In this document: positions 63,665-64,000 of the stretch, one piece after another
How the letters are laid out: each line of letters starts with the position of its first letter
Position numbering within the stretch: the stretch's first letter is position 1
Source of the DNA: an uncultured virus (IMG/VR IMGVR_UViG_3300017963_000244)
Lineage: Duplodnaviria; Heunggongvirae; Uroviricota; Caudoviricetes
Direction: 5' to 3' (one strand)
Virus record (IMG/VR): IMGVR_UViG_3300017963_000244
Coordinates: 1-64,000 of that record
DNA length: 64,000 nucleotides
Position numbers and translations under genes: made by a program
Notes under the pieces: model-generated
Seen by the model: only the letters and a program-made list of their open reading frames with translations
The model's database searches: none
What the model was told of the DNA's origin: nothing

Positions 63665-63867
63665 GCGATTTTCACGAACGGCTCTCCGAATTCATGAACG
63701 TGTCGCCGACCGAGCTCGCGCGTCGGCTCAGAAGAGAGGATGACCCCGAGAAGCGCCGAGCGATGCGCCGGGCCCTCGAGGCATGGCGGCTGACGGAGGG
63801 GAATCCCCTGACCCGGAGTGCCTCGCGCGTCGCCCGCACGTGGCTGGCTTCGTTTCTACGTTTATAG
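63661..63867 (+). CDS. Small hypothetical protein with RSA-SRVARTWL C-terminal motif
   Basis: Coupled GTGA start; motif shared with other ORFs in the window. Confidence 0.55.
   Translation: MSDFHERLSEFMNVSPTELARRLRREDDPEKRRAMRRALEAWRLTEGNPLTRSASRVARTWLASFLRL
63851..63865 (+). promoter_or_regulatory. Promoter-like motif CGTT-N8-TAT
   Basis: Recurring motif, upstream of 63943. Confidence 0.6.
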
Positions 63868-63942
63868 GCGGTCGATCTACAGGAGGGGACCGTCCTGTCC
63901 CCATTTTGAGCGGTGTAAGCCGCCTGACGAGAGGAAGGCAAC

Positions 63943-64000
63943 ATGGCTAACAAAGACCTCGCCCCCGCGAACGGCGTACAGGGCTCGAGCTACATCTACG
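63943..64000 (+). CDS. Truncated gene start (possibly tail tube)
   Basis: GAGGAAGG RBS then ATG; preceded by a promoter-like motif; product inferred only from position after the sheath. Confidence 0.4.
   Translation, partial: MANKDLAPANGVQGSSYIY

Overview
A gene-dense, high-GC stretch that is almost entirely + strand and reads as the late/virion region of a very large (jumbo-type) contractile-tailed phage. Order: sulfotransferase-like gene; four large modular proteins carrying RelA/SpoT-like, ADP-ribosyltransferase, kinase-like, ParB-like and SWIM domains; paralogous small structural genes; a fibre/decoration gene cluster; putative neck and tail-completion genes; an actin-like ATPase; a PAPS-reductase-family gene; a 2482-aa tail sheath; an endonuclease-methyltransferase fusion; SAM decarboxylase; and a truncated probable tail-tube start. 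Main findings: (1) a fractured structural gene with an atypically split, Ser1/Ser+1 intein (34-aa IntN, 135-aa IntC) and a free-standing endonuclease between the halves; (2) a family of putative virion-packaged effector polyproteins punctuated by [KR]xA sites and shared helical tags; (3) a recurring CGNT-N8-TAT promoter-like motif upstream of 13 genes; (4) a hairpin-rich 436-nt non-coding region before the sheath gene. All functional calls come from motif recognition by eye, with no database searches. No tRNA, rRNA or CRISPR array was seen.
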